Origin: Octopus sinensis
Lineage: Eukaryota
Assembly (NCBI RefSeq): GCF_006345805.1
Contig: NC_043004.1
Location: 61,380,001-61,444,000, forward strand
Length of the DNA stretch: 64,000 nt
Direction: 5' to 3'
In this document: piece after piece, positions 38,579 through 54,245 of the stretch
How the letters are laid out: each line of letters opens with the position of its first letter
Numbering within the stretch: the first letter of the stretch is position 1
Translations under genes and position numbers: made by a program
The notes under the pieces: model-generated
Database searches by the model: none
Told to the model about the DNA's origin: nothing
What the model saw: only the letters and a program-made list of their open reading frames with translations

Positions 38579-39074
38579 TTATGCCCATAATCTGTAATTT
38601 TTTTTCGCACGCTTACGTGATATCTTTGTTTACACTTTTCGTCCTCCCTTGTGCTCTTGCTCAGTTTAGTCCATTCTGTCTCTACTAAGCAGAACAGGAG
38701 CACACCGAAGGACGGAAATTGTCAGTGATTAAGTCACAGATGTGTGTCGAAAGATTTGCGGACAACAGACATGAGTTAATAATATGAACAGCAATTAACG
38801 AGTGTATATTGAATATATAGCGTGTGTGTTTATGTGTGACTCCCAACCACAAATAAATGACCATCCCAAAAAACAACAATATCTATTTCAAAACACGGTT
38901 GTACTTCAGGAGACTTGCAACACAAATTAAAACAACACACACACACACACACTCACACACACACAAACACACACATACACACACATATATATATAGAGAG
39001 AGAGAGATAGTCAGATATATATATATATATATATATAATATATGAATGTGTATACATACACGATATACATATAA

Positions 39075-39151
<77 letters not shown>

Positions 39152-39766
39152 GTGTGTGTGTGTGTGTGTGCGTGCGTGCGTGCGTGTGTGTGTGTGTATA
39201 AATGGGACAAATATTGAGGGATTATAAATCTGGGCAAAATACTTCAAGAAAATCCGTGGATGGACTCACAGAAATATACTTTTACACAGTCTGATATATG
39301 AAGCATATTTTAACTTTGTTGGATCAAATTTAATTTGCAGCTGCTTTAGTAGTCGTTATAGATACATTATTGATGGGTTTACTCAATTACTCTATTGATC
39401 AATTGAGGTAAATTGAACATCTTAATGTTAATTCTATTTCCGTCAGAGCCATTTCTGGCTATAACAAACAGTAACCTGTTGGAAAGGCTATTCTATGGGG
39501 GCGGGGGGAGGAGGAGAAAGATAAATTCAAGTAGAAGAGAGAACAGAAGACATGTTAAAAGGGTGGAAATAGGTGACGGGATGATATAGAAATCACTAGA
39601 ACTAGAGGCATTATATTGTCACGTTTAGAAGAGGGAAATTAGCGTTCGTAGTTAGGCATGTACACACACACACGCACATCATATGCCTATATGTAATATA
39701 TATACATATTATATATATATGCACATATATAAATATATATATATAATATATGCATACACACACACA

Positions 39767-39810
<44 letters not shown>

Positions 39811-39813
39811 TAT

Positions 39814-39844
<31 letters not shown>

Positions 39845-40670
39845 TATTATATATATATATATTTTCATGCATATATGGATACAGAATGTCACCAAAAGTA
39901 AACAACATGATTTACGAAAGCAAATGTATTCTGTACGCAAATTTCAAGAGAAACAAATGGAAAACAGTACAAGTAACATAAAGAACGACCATTGATCAGT
40001 TTCCGGGTGTCCGTGTTTTCGTTCGGTTTCCTTGTATGTCTCCACTATCCTGTTTTGTTCCCAAATGTGACTCTCGATAAGTCTCAAATTTTATTCTGAT
40101 ACTTATGGGAGTACCTCCCTTCGAAGATTCGTATTGTCGTTTATTCCTCAGGTTGAGGAGTAGTTAGACAGCCGACGACTGATGAGTGGTCGTTCGTTAT
40201 ACTACTTTTCCTGTTTTCCATTTGTTTCTCTCGCTCTGTGCTTATTGGACTCATTTGCTTTCGTATTTCATATTATTTACTCTTGGTAACGTCATGTACC
40301 CACATATGCATGTTTGTACTGTCGTTACTGTCCTGTTTTTGATATCATTTTTTACCCCTCCGCGAAAAGATCTCAAAATTTTAATTGATTTGCTTTTCGC
40401 AGGAAGGAAAGTTTCTTGTTCAAGATACGTCTCGCTTTCACCTTCGAAACGTAGAGTAGATGAAACCATAGCGACTGAAGAATGGTTTTTTCTCTGTGTT
40501 AATTGTCCTGTACACTATTTTTTTGTTGTTTAAAAAAATGTCCAGTTCCTTGGGTTTGTACCTATGTTTTCGTTTCTCATTGTGTTCGACGTCTTTTTGG
40601 TGTCCTGTACTCATATATGCATGTATATGTACATGTAGAGGTAGGTACGTACATATATGTTTACATATAT

Positions 40671-41073
40671 ACTCTTTACTCTCTTTTACTTGTTTCAGTC
40701 ATTTGACTGCGGCCATGCTGGAGCACCACCTTTAGTCGAACAAATCGACCCCGGGACTTATTCTTTGTAAGCCCAGTACTTATTCTATCGGTCTCTTATG
40801 CCGAACCGCTAAGTGACGGGGACGTAAACACACCAGCATCGGTTGTCAAGCAATGCTAGGTAGACAAACAAAAACGCACACACACACACACATATATATA
40901 TACATATATACGACAGGCTTCTTTCAGTTTCCGTCTACCAAATCCACTCACAAGGCATTGGTCGGCCCGGGGCTATAGCAGAAGACATTTGCCCAAGATG
41001 CCACGCAGTGGGACTGAACTCGGAACCATGTGGTTGGTTAGCAAGCTACTTACCACACAGCCACTCCTGCGCC
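40671..41073 (-). mobile_element. tRNA-derived SINE family A, well preserved
   Basis: Head ggcgcaggagtggctgtgtggtaagtagc...gagttcagtccc (A/B boxes), internal TA/TG tract, tail ...ctgaaacaagtaaaagag. Confidence 0.9.
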
Positions 41074-41164
41074 TTATATGCATATGCATATGTGCATATG
41101 TTTTATTTATTAATATATATATATATATCTACATATATTAAGAATATATACTATATAATAATTG

Positions 41165-41232
<68 letters not shown>

Positions 41233-41599
41233 ACTGAGAGGGCAAGACCGCTAGGGTAGTCGGCCTCTATACTAGAAATAGCTCACCAACAATCAAACTA
41301 CGAAGAATGTTCTCCAGAGGAAAATGAGCGAACACCAGAACAAATTAGGCGGGGAAGACATATGAAAATTATATAAAAAACAGAATTAAGCACATACAGC
41401 GGTTTCAACTATTAACAAAAGAATTACTTACATAATTCAAATGTCCGTAGTTTCGTCAGTGCGATCGTTCAGACAAAATACAATTCGCAAAACTAACCCC
41501 AGCTTTCTGTGCCAAAACAGACACGTGTTTAGTTTTACCGATTACATTAGGGATAAATTTCAAATGTCTTAGCTCTGCCGCACTAAAAAAATTCCTGAA

Positions 41600-41613
41600 G
41601 CATTATATTATAT

Positions 41614-41657
<44 letters not shown>

Positions 41658-41977
41658 TATATATATAATATATATATTTATATATTTTATTGTATCGCAT
41701 TTATCTTTGTTTATATAATATATATATGTATTTATATATATATATATAATATTTATATATATATTTATAATATATATAGATATTTATCTATATATATATA
41801 TATATATATATTATATTTATATATATATATATATATATAATATATATATTATATATATATATATATTATAATATATATATTATATATATTATATATAGAT
41901 TTCTATAATATATATATATATATATATTATATATAATTATATATTATATATAATTATATATATACAATATATATATA

Positions 41978-42016
<39 letters not shown>

Positions 42017-42145
42017 CTATATATATAATATATTTATATATATATATAGATATATATATATTATATATATATTTATATATATTTATATATATAATATATA
42101 TATATATATATTTATTATATATATTTATATATATATATATATAAT

Positions 42146-42175
<30 letters not shown>
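41600..42175. repeat. Long degenerate (TA)n low-complexity tract
   Basis: Directly visible; comparable tracts at ~35380-35800, ~45342-45620 and ~51500-52230. Confidence 0.95.
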
Positions 42176-42177
<2 letters not shown>

Positions 42178-43673
42178 ATGCCAATTATCAGAAAATGGTT
42201 GAAAATCTTTAGATAAACAAACACATCGATTGGACCGCGTTTATAGCGTATTTATAATATAAATCATGACATAAGAAATAGGTGACGTAAATATTACGTC
42301 ACCTATCTCTTATGCGACACTTTGTATCAATTAAATGCTATAAATGTGGTCCATTGTTAATCTTAGCTTTTCTCCATTTTGATTATTTGCATTGGTTCCT
42401 GATAAACTCATGTTTAGACTATTGTTACCTGCAGTCTACGTATATGGTGTGCCTGCACACCAATGCCCGAGGATAATACGTGTAACTGCTGCTGATGGTA
42501 TATACGGATATTTTATCCCTTAGTCGGCTATTATAATCGCTAACTCTATTTACACTGTATATATATATATGTATGTGTGTGTGTCTGTGTGTGTCTGTGT
42601 GTGTAGGTATGTATGTATGTATGCATGTATGTATGTATGAAGGCATGCATAAACAGTACACGCATATATATATATCGTCTTTTCAGATAGTGACTGCCAA
42701 ATACTTTTTCGCAATGAATTCCTGTTTACTGTGTTGCTTGAATCAATCAAAAGAAAACCTACCGTATATTTCAATTCTCAAAAAAAGAAAGATGTCAGAT
42801 ATTTAATTCAATAAAGCTTGTGAATAAATGGAAGAAAATGGAATTTATGCAATGAAATCAATAGTCAAAGAAAAAGTTGAGAGAGAATGAAATATTCATG
42901 AAAATGTATTCTCACGCGTCATTTGTAATTCCACCGAATGCTGATTGCTAGAATCTGATAATGCTTTCTTTGTATTGACAGCTTGAACGAGGTTTAGTTT
43001 TAATGTTGTTCTTCTTAACTGTTTTCCAGTTAATTAGTCTTTAGATCCTGGATGAGAAACATGTTTCGTTCTGCATTGTTTAGATCACAGCTTAGAAGCC
43101 ATAACCTAAGCTTTCAGTTCTTTAGACGTTGATATCAACAAGAAATGATAGTAAAGCATAAAGTTTTCTTGAAACATATTCCCCAAGTGTATGTTGTCCT
43201 GTTGTTAAATAGCATTTTTGCCACAGGAAAAACTAGCAAAAAGACACAGCAGTTGATTTGCTAGCCGTTCTGTGACTTTTTGTTAAAACTCAGCATGTTT
43301 ATCGAAGAACATTAGAAAGTGGTTCGTAATACGATTGCGCAAACTGCCCTCAGTAGAAAAACTGTTGTTGCTCTTTGTGTGTTTTTCGACGGTAAGCCAT
43401 CAACAATGCTCAGTCATCCAACAGTACTGCGCTCAACGAGAGAGCTTTTGCCAATGGTTTCTTATACCCATACTAGAGAGGAAATAAGTCTCTTTCTCTA
43501 ATTACAAATCTTCAATATTTGTAATTTGAAATAACGCCATACAGCAAAGTAGTAAATGTTTAAACTAGCTTAGACGTCCATCCCATTCGTTAAAAGACAA
43601 CAGATGTGCTGAAGTATATTCACCAGTGTGGGTCTTTATCAAGGAAGATCATATATATATATATATATAATAT

Positions 43674-43718
<45 letters not shown>

Positions 43719-45421
43719 CATACATATAACTATCCTGCATATACATATATATACATGTATATATATATGTATATTTATATGTGAACATATACATTATATA
43801 TGCATATATATCTATATGTATATATGTATATCTATATGTGTGTGTGTGTGTGTGTGTGTAAACGCAAATACACGTAAGTATCTATGCACACGTATATGTC
43901 TGCGATTATTTGCTTTTGAACGTAATGAATGTTGTTGTATATTTATATGTAATTTTGACTACGTATATTACATTTCAATTGCTATAGTTTTTATGCTTTG
44001 CATGTTTTTCAGAACTCTTCAGAATTACATTAAACTATCTACAATAATGTATTACCAAAGTTCACTTGGAATCGGTTACCGGACCAGCTCATACATAAGT
44101 TCCAACAACGCCAAGGTTAGAAATGATTCATAAATTGCCAAGAAATATAATTCAATAATTTTGTTTTTTATATCTATCCCACCTTTTTATATCTTAATAG
44201 CTATTATTTCATTTCTCTTCAATTCTTTTATGATCTTACCACGTCAAAGCATTTTAGTTTTTCTATTTTCTCACTCATATCCAACGTTTTTATATATTCT
44301 CATTCTGTCTTTTCTCATTACATACTCCCATCGGATTTAAAAAAGAACGAGAAGACTTTTAATTTTTGTTATTTCTATTATTTGCAAGGATGTAAATCTA
44401 TTGGTATTATCCTATGCAATTCTTCGAATCATCCCTTCATATCTATAAGTAATGGAAAAACATCATATTAACAGAAGAGTGTATTCTTCGAAACAATATA
44501 ATGGATTCCGTTAGGTTTCTCTCCTGTGTTGCATTACTACTGAATCAATGGAAGAAATACAAAAACGATGGAATTGAAAACACATGCAACGAAACACAGC
44601 TGAGATATTTTAATAAAGGAAATAATTGCAAAGTAGAGAGATCCTCTCCTCCTTTTCTTTTCCTTATCATTAACATCAGCACTATATTTTTATCACTTCA
44701 TTTACGATAGCAGATTTGACACGGAAAAAATCCTAGCATCGCCCTACTTCAAATAACCTTAGATATTAAAAAGCGTTCTTAGTGTTATAACTAATAATAC
44801 TATATTTTAACTTCACTGACTAGATTTTATGCCTATTTCTTTTATCCGTCTATTGAAACCTATACACAAGTCTTCATGCACTTATAACTATGGGAAGTTG
44901 TTGTCCGCATTTTCGTCAGCCTTTGTAACCAATGGCTAAGTTCTGATCGTTATTTACTTCCTCTCATTATTTACTTCCTCTCATCATTTACTACTTCCTT
45001 TTCATTTGGGACTATAAAATCATTTGCCTTTCAGTTTCTCCGCCCCGTTCTATTACAACTAAATCAAGCATCTTAGTTTCTATTGCAGGATTATAAAACC
45101 CTGCAACATCATATAGTCCTTAATTTCTAGCTGTTCGGTAGTTTCAGGCTCATACTACCTATCATATTCCGAAACTCCAACTTTCTACATAGATTCCAGT
45201 GAATATTTCCCCTAGGATACCATTTTTTTTTCCTTGTATTCNNNNNNNNNNNNNNNNNNNNNNNNNNNNNNNNNNNNNNNNNNNNNNNNNNNNNNNNNNN
45301 NNNNNNNNNNNNNNNNNNNNNNNNNNNNNNNNNNNNNNNNNTAATATATATTATATATATATATTATATTATATATATATATATGATATATATATATATT
45401 TATATATATACATTATATATA

Positions 45422-45470
<49 letters not shown>

Positions 45471-45483
45471 ATATTATATATTT

Positions 45484-45523
<40 letters not shown>

Positions 45524-47126
45524 ATATATATTTATATATATATATATATTATCTATATATTTTATATATCTTTATATATATATATATATATATATATCTA
45601 TCTATTATATTTATATATATAATGCCAATTATCAGAAAATGGTGAAAAATCTTAGATTAACAAACACATCGATTGGACCGCGTTTATAGCGTATTTATTA
45701 ATATAAATCATGACATAAGAAATAGGTGACGTAAATATTACGTCACCTATCTCTTATGCGACACTTTGTATCAATTATAATGCTATAAATGTGGTCCATT
45801 GTTAATCTTAGCTTTTCTCCATTTTGATTATTTGCATTGGTTCCTGATAAACTCATGTTTAGACTATTGTTACCTGCAGTCTACGTATATGGTGTGCCTG
45901 CACACCAATGCCCGAGGATAATACGTGTAACTGCTGCTGATGGTATATACGGATATTTTATCCCTTAGTCGGCGGCTATTATATCGCTAACTCTATTTAC
46001 ACTGTAATATATATATATGTATGTGTGTGTGTCTGTGTGTGTCTGTGGTGTAGGTATGTATGTATGTATGCATGTATGTATGTATGAAGGCATGCATAAC
46101 AGTACACGCATATATATATATCGTCTTTTCAGATAGTGACTGCCAAATACTTTTTCGCAATGAATTCCTGTTTACTGTGTTGCTTGAATCAATCAAAAGA
46201 AAACCTACCGTATATTTCAATTCTCAAAAAAAGAAAGATGTCAGATATTTAATTCAATAAAGCTTGTGAATAATGGAAGAAAATGGAATTTTATGCAATG
46301 AAATCAATAGTCAAAGAAAAAGTTGAGAGAGAATGAAATATCTTATGAAAATGTATTCTCACGCGTCATTTGTAATTCCACCGAATGCTGATTTGCTAGA
46401 ATCTGATAATGCTTTCTTTGTATTGACAGCTTGAACGAGGTTTAGTTTTAATGTTGTTCTTCTTAACTGTTTTCCAGTTAATTAGTCTTTAGATCCTGGA
46501 TGAGAAACATGTTTCGTTCTGCATTGTTTAGATCACAGCTTAGAAGCCATAACCTAAGCTTTCAGTTCTTTAGACGTTGATATCAACAAGAAATGATAGT
46601 AAAGCATAAAGTTTTCTTGAAACATATTCCCCAAGTGTATGTTGTCCTGTTGTTAAATAGCATTTTTGCCACAGGAAAAACTAGCAAAAAGACACAGCAG
46701 TTGATTTGCTAGCCGTTCTGTGACTTTTTGTTAAAACTCAGCATGTTTATCGAAGAACATTAGAAAGTGGTTCGTAATACGATTGCGCAAACTGCCCTCA
46801 GTAGAAAAACTGTTGTTGCTCTTTGTGTGTTTTTCGACGGTAAGCCATCAACAATGCTCAGTTCATTCCACCATAAAGCTGCGCTCAACGAGAGAGCTTT
46901 TTGCAATGGTTTTCTTATACCCATACTAGAGAGGAAATAAGTCTCTTTCTCTAATTACAAATCTTCAATATTTGTAATTTGAAATAACGCCATACAGCAA
47001 AGTAGTAAATGTTTAAACTAGCTTAGACGTCCATCCCATTCGTTAAAAGACAACAGATGTGCTGAAGTATATTCACCAGTGTGGGTCTTTATCAAGGAAG
47101 ATCATATATATATATATATATAATAT

Positions 47127-47171
<45 letters not shown>

Positions 47172-48702
47172 CATACATATAACTATCCTGCATATACATA
47201 TATATACATGTATATATCTATTGTATATTTATATGTGAACATATACATTATATATGCATATATATCTATATGTATATATGTATATCTATATGTGTGTGTG
47301 TGTGTGTGTGTGTAAACGCAAATACACGTAAGTATCTATGCACACGTATATGTCTGCGATTATTTGCTTTTGAACGTAATGAATGTTGTTGTATATTTAT
47401 ATGTAATTTTGACTACGTATATTACATTTCAATTGCTATAGTTTTTATGCTTTGCATGTTTTTCAGAACTCTTCAGAATTACATTAAACTATCTACAATA
47501 ATGTATTACCAAAGTTCACTTGGAATCGGTTACCGGACCAGCTCATACATAAGTTCCAACAACGCCAAGGTTAGAAATGATTCATAAATTGCCAAGAAAT
47601 ATAATTCAATAATTTTGTTTTTTATATCTATCCCACCTTTTTATATCTTAATAGCTATTATTTCATTTCTCTTCAATTCTTTTATGATCTTACCACGTCA
47701 AAGCATTTTAGTTTTTCTATTTTCTCACTCATATCCAACGTTTTTATATATTCTCATTCTGTCTTTTCTCATTACATACTCCCATCGGATTTAAAAAAGA
47801 ACGAGAAGACTTTTAATTTTTGTTATTTCTATTATTTGCAAGGATGTAAATCTATTGGTATTATCCTATGCAATTCTTCGAATCATCCCTTCATATCTAT
47901 AAGTAATGGAAAAACATCATATTAACAGAAGAGTGTATTCTTCGAAACAATATAATGGATTCCGTTAGGTTTCTCCTGTGTTGCATTACTACTGAATCAA
48001 TGGAAGAAAATACAAAAACGATGGAATTGAAAAACACATGCAACGAAACACAGCTGAGATATTTTAATAAAGGAAATAATTGCAAAGTAGAGAGATCCTC
48101 TCCTCCTTTTCTTTTCCTTATCATTAAACATCAGCACTATATTTTTATCACTTCATTTACGCATAGCAGATTTGACACGGAAAAAATCCTAGCATCGCCC
48201 TACTTCAAATAACCTTAGATATTAAAAAAGCGTTCTTAGTGTTATAACTAATAATACTATATTTTAACTTCACTGAACTAGATTTTATGCCTATTTCTTT
48301 TATCCGTCTATTGAAACCTATACACAAGTTCTTCATGCACTTATAACTATAGGGAAGTATGTTGTCCGCATTTTCGTCAGCCTTTGTAACTCAATGGCTA
48401 AGTTCTGATCGTTATTTACTTCCTCTCATTATTTACTTCCTCTCATCATTTACTTCCTTTTCATTTGGGACTATAAAATCATTTGCCTTTCAGTTTCTCG
48501 CCCCGTTGTCTATTACAACTAAATCAAGCATCTTAGTTTCTATTGCAGGATTATAAAACCCTGCAACATCATATAGTCCTTAATTTCTAGCTGTTCGGTA
48601 GTTTCAGGCTCATACTACCTATCAATATTCCGAAACTCCAACTTTCTACATAGATTCCAGTGAATAATTTCCCCTAGGATACCATGTTTTTTCCTTGTAT
48701 TC
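42176..48702. other. ~3.1-kb near-identical duplication (42176-45241 and 45620-48702) around a 100-N gap (45242-45341)
   Basis: The copies differ mainly by 1-2 bp indels in homopolymers; copy 1 stops exactly at the gap. Confidence 0.95.
42229..42355. mobile_element. Palindromic hairpin MITE-like element (also at ~45672-45798 in the duplicate)
   Basis: tggaccgcgtttatagc...ataagaaataggtgacgtaa-ata-ttacgtcacctatctcttat...gctataaatgtggtcca. Confidence 0.7.
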
Positions 48703-51240
48703 CTTCTGTGTCAGTATACTGTGTTCGCTATCTATATAACAATTTCTTCATAGCTCTGTTGCAGTTATCTTAGTGTTTATTCCCTGAGATCTCTATGCTG
48801 GTCTTTGCTGCTACTAACAGTCATTCAATCTCTATTTTAACATGTTTCTTTCTGCAAGCACAACCATGTCTCACTACTACTATTTTCTGTAAGTATTTTT
48901 GGAAACCTATCATGTGAAGCCGTCTCTTGCCGGTCTGATAATCTCACTTCTTTTGTCCAGCTTTTGAGTTTTTTGTTCCTTCATCTCTTACTGTTACTCT
49001 AGCAGCTCTTAATAAAATTTCCTCCCTAATGCTTACATAGGAGACTGTATTTACTCTAACCCATACAGTCTTATACCTTTCTGCCACTTTTATTTATATG
49101 TAAATACGCACTTACTACTCTTGCTTCCGGAAGATGTCATCCATTCATATTGAATTCCTTCTTAGGTCTTCTGTTTAAATTTGCTAATTCAGATTTTACC
49201 TAATCTACAAAAGCTGCTCAATATATAAGTAACGACTCTGCCCAAGTATTTACAGCCTTCACAATAATCGCTTCGTTTAGCTTTGACTTCACCCTTCCTC
49301 CACATTTGCTGTGCTCTTTCTCAATATTCTCTGGCCATCTGATAACTGATTTTTAATTACTAATATTGCGCACTTATCTTTGTCAAATTCCATATCTATA
49401 TTTTTGATGACGCGTTTTACATCAATATAGTGCTAATAGTTAATTTTTTGTCCTTTTCTATCTCTAAACATATATCACGTTTTTGCCTTTCTTAATCCTA
49501 AACTGAGAGATCTTACACTTAACACAAATATTAAAAAGGTTAACATGTTACACTGGAAAATTCTTCTCTTCATATTAACATTTCTTGCGTTATTTTTTTG
49601 TATTACTGGAGTGAAATCTGCTTTCTATTTCGTTATGCTATGTATAATTAAATATATTACGATGTCTTAAATACTGAATATAGTCAAGAGGTCACTAATC
49701 CATGAGTGTGGAAACGTCATATAATTTCTCATAATCTATACATGTCATTGTTAAATTTTGGTTTCTATAATTCACTTCTTTTAGAACTGCTTTATCTATG
49801 CGTAATAGTTCATGCATTTCTGTGGCCTTCTTTCTGCAACCTTTCTTTTCTCGTAGAAGTTAATTCTGGCTTTCACCATGCTTATATATTGTTTCTGAGG
49901 ACATTGCTACTTGTAGCTACAAACTAATTGTAAACAAGTGTTTGTCAATAATTATTAGCTATATCATATCTGTTTTTGTCTTTCATAAGTAATGTTCTCC
50001 TTTTAATCACCCAAGTAGGTATGGCTCTCCCATTCAAGCAATCCTGAAACAGTTCTCTCGGTACTCTATGTACCATATTTCCTTAACCAATATCCTTGAA
50101 CTAAATCCAGTCATGGGCCGTCCAGTTCGGCATTCTTCCTCACACTTTGCTTATTAATGCACTAGCCACTTTCAGATTTGACTGCTTTTCACTAACTAGG
50201 GTATCCTAAATATCACCCCAGTACTGAACTTTTAATATTCACTACTTTCTTCGATAATATATATTTGGTTATAAAATCTTTTCTGGTCTATCTCAAACAA
50301 TCTGTTCTGTTAATACTGATATATTAATTTCTGATATCTCGAAAGCTTACATGTTATCGCTAAAATACACTCTTACATGGCTTTCACAAATCAGTTATCT
50401 TTGACTGAGTATGTCTTCTCAGGGGTAGATTTAATTCATCTTTCTCATCTTGTCCTGTTTTCCGACTTCTCCTCTACACAAGTCTTGTGATTAAATTTTT
50501 ATTTTCTAATCTCCTTTACCATATCAGCGCCTTCCTAATGTTTCATTAAGGAAAAATAGGAAAGCGCGATAAACAGTATCATAGTAATTACAACTCCTGC
50601 AACATAGATGAGGTACTTAGTATCACCTATATTTTTAGTATGAATCCCACAGGTAATAAAATCTACTTTCTGTTATATCTAGAAACTTCCTTCTATTAAC
50701 ATCGTTTAATTCCGGTAATCTTTTTTCTTTTTTTCCCTATTCATTTGTTCCTGAAAATCATCTAGCATCGTCTGATCTTCCTCCTTTATGGTGCACCAAT
50801 CGTAGTGCTACTAATTATTCCTGTAGAATCTTGTTCCTTGGCTTGAACTATATCACTAATCCATCCTGATTACTCCTCGTCTTGGCTGATACCCTGTGAT
50901 ACTTCTTGCATTTTCTTTTATAATAATCTTGCGATATCTTGTACTTCTAACTCTGTTAACCGCTTAATGTTAGGCTGTTCCACTAGTCTCTTCTCTGGTA
51001 CCACAAATATAGAGTTCTTTAACTACGTCTGCTTTAATAACTTACTTTTCAGGTAACACGGCTTCAAGACTCTTTCCTTCTCCATTTCCTCTTAATTACT
51101 CTATTATATAGTGAAGCTGTCTTCTTAGAATAGCGACTGAGATTCGTCTGTATCTGTCCTGAAAACAGCCTGGCGAGAGGTCTACCCTTTCAGATACAGC
51201 CTCATTACTTCCATTACCATTAGAGTTACTGCGTAAACTC
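48130..51240 (-). mobile_element. Near full-length, heavily decayed R4/Dong-clade LINE (3' end repeated at ~44690-45241)
   Basis: Minus-strand remnants in the expected order: RLVEQ, GP*LD (APGPD region), YD.FHTHG (KAYD..PHSW region), IDMEFDKDKCA, GCKYLG, GEIIHWNLCRK, LAIELQRL...FPIVISA. Confidence 0.75.
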
Positions 51241-51516
51241 CTTTCTCATGGAATGTAATATTCTTTTGTGTGTGTGTGTATGAGTGTGTGTGTGTGTGTG
51301 CTTTATCACGATAGCATCACCATGCACCTGATGTTTTCCCGTTTACTTGGTGAATTATTTAGTTTGGGTGATTCTGATTAAATGTATTCACACAAGCGCC
51401 CACATCTTCGCATATATATATATATATGCAAGCACACATACGCACACACGTGCGAGTATATACTGTACATATACATATGTATATGTGTGTGAGTGTATGT
51501 GTATATATACATATGC

Positions 51517-51548
<32 letters not shown>

Positions 51549-51723
51549 ACATATATATATATATACATTAATATATATATACATACATATATATATATAT
51601 ATACATACATATATATATATACATACATATATATATATATATACATACATATATATATATACATTAATATATATATACATACATATATATATATACATAC
51701 ATATATATATATATATACATATG

Positions 51724-51756
<33 letters not shown>

Positions 51757-52005
51757 ATATATATATTGATATATATACATTAATATATATATACATACAT
51801 ATATATATATATATATTTATATATATACATTAATATATATATACATATATATATATATACATACATATATATATATATATATTTATATATAAATATATAT
51901 ATATATATTTATATATAAATATATATATATATATTTATATATAAATATATATATAAATATTTATATATAAATATATATATAAATATTTATATATAAATAT
52001 ATATA

Positions 52006-52037
<32 letters not shown>

Positions 52038-52039
52038 TT

Positions 52040-52076
<37 letters not shown>

Positions 52077-52090
52077 ATATATATTATATT

Positions 52091-52218
<128 letters not shown>

Positions 52219-52469
52219 ATATATACATATACATACACACATTGTGCCGCTTCGTTTGTAGACTTCCATGTTTTTATTCCACCTGCTCTTCTTTCTCTCA
52301 GTAAATAGGTTTATTTCTCAGTGTAGCTTATCTTCATATATAGATTGTTGATGTTATCGGCGAGGTTCTTTAATTTTAAATTGTTTTCCTATCTTGTTGA
52401 AATTTTCAGAAGCTTATATGTTTTCTGTCGTACTTTGTTTCTTATTGCCTTGTCTTTTGTTCGTTTCAC

Positions 52470-52508
<39 letters not shown>

Positions 52509-53104
52509 TTTTCTTCTTTTTGTTGATAAGATGGTACTTGCTAATTTGTTTAGCTGGAGTGTCTTCTTCAGGTTTGTTGACAACAAGTCTTCGTAAATCT
52601 CAAAAAATCTTTCTGAGGAATTCTTACAGAAAATAGGAAGGTACTTTCACTTTCTTAAATAGCGTTTTATGCATTGTGCCATTTACCTCATATGTAATTG
52701 CCAGGTTAGCCTTCCCAAAACGCTTTAGCTCTTTGGTTACGACATGGTATTTGAATTGCTTTTTATCTGACGCGTCGGAAGAAAACGTTTAGCATTATTT
52801 CTTTCAACTCTTCAACTTGAGTGCAAAAGCTGCCCACCCTACATGTGGTTGATATACTCAGATTGCTGGCCTTGTGGCAAACTTTTAAATGTCATCGCCA
52901 TCCTCTTTATTATTGTGAGCTGGCAGAATCGTTAGCACGCTGGGGAAAATCCGTATCGGCGTTTCGTGTGTCTTTTCATTCTCAGTTCAAGTATGCCACT
53001 GTAGACGGCACCTTTCTTTATTTCGATAAATTAAGTACCAGTCGAGCACTTGGGTCGATGTAATCCATTTACCCTACCTGAAAATTGTTGACCTTGTACA
53101 AAAA

Positions 53105-54080
53105 TTATTATAATTATAATTATATATGATACTGTCCCAATTCTGTTAATCGTGGTCAGAGATGCATCTATTGTCAGCAACTAAGGCACATGCTCAACAT
53201 GTTAATGTCAAGCAAATGAGAAGCACTACCTGGTACTTGACTCATATTTATCTTATGAGTTTCACTGCACTATTGGACGTAGTTCTGCGTACCTTCGTTA
53301 TGTAATGTGGTTTGCCTTAATCCTATTATTTTTACTCTATCAAAAGGCCTGCACGTAAAATGGTTGCGATGACTAGCAGTAATAGTATCTATTAGTTATA
53401 TTTATTCGTAAGTCCTGATATTTTGTTTTAGATCTTTGTCTTTCGAGAGACTATCTGTACCTTGCAGAGATACTTTGTTTTTTGGGGGGACTGATATTTC
53501 GATTAGAAGGCATTTTCTTGATTGTCTCTAATAACTGTATCTTGTCTTTAGCCATGATTACTGTGTGTTTGTAGATATATCCAAAAGAATAGTTGCTTTG
53601 TCATTTTATGGGACCATTTCAGAGGTAGGCCCATGGTGTCTTTTTCCTGTTGTCATTACGTTTTGCTGGCAGATCTTTCAGTGTATATAAATTCCAACTC
53701 TGTTGATGTATTCTTTCTTGGAAAAAACTGGACAATTAGGCAATATGGTTTGTTGTTTTATACTCAATCACCCCATATTCTGCACTTATTGTAGTTTTCT
53801 TCATTATATTTCTTGGTGATATTTGACCTTGTGCCGCAATAAAAACCCTACTGAGCAGAGGGCAGGATTTAATTTTGTCTATTTCTTTTCTGATTTGATT
53901 ATCCCAATATTTTCCATATATGAGCTTTTGTGGCTATCATTTATCTTGGTATGTTGTAGCCTCAGTTTTAGCTTAGATCTAAGCAGTTTAACCAATTTAG
54001 GTGTTTATAATTTTTTTCTCATTGTTAACGGGTAAAATGGCTTCGTCGTATATCTTTGGTTTTCTTGAAGACATTTAATT
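53105..54080 (-). mobile_element. R4/Dong-clade LINE 3' fragment, decayed
   Basis: YQDKMIATKAH, CRIWG, KKEYINR, YIH*KIC, DKATIL.D, KYQDL; ends in an AAT-like tail at ~53105-53125. Confidence 0.7.
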
Positions 54081-54245
54081 TTTGCTTTGAGCATGCTTTG
54101 TACTATTTGATTCATTTTCCTTTGGCTCTGACATAGATATATATGTAGCCCTATGGTGAATATTCTATTGTAGTTTACTAGTTGTATAAGCGTATAACAA
54201 ATTCAGTTCGTTGTATATAATCTTTCGATGCCAAATCTTTAGTAT

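Noticed and set aside
40178-40196. Hammerhead at acgactgatgagtggtcgt
   Set aside because: CTGATGA sits in a simple hairpin loop with no downstream GAAA or stems.
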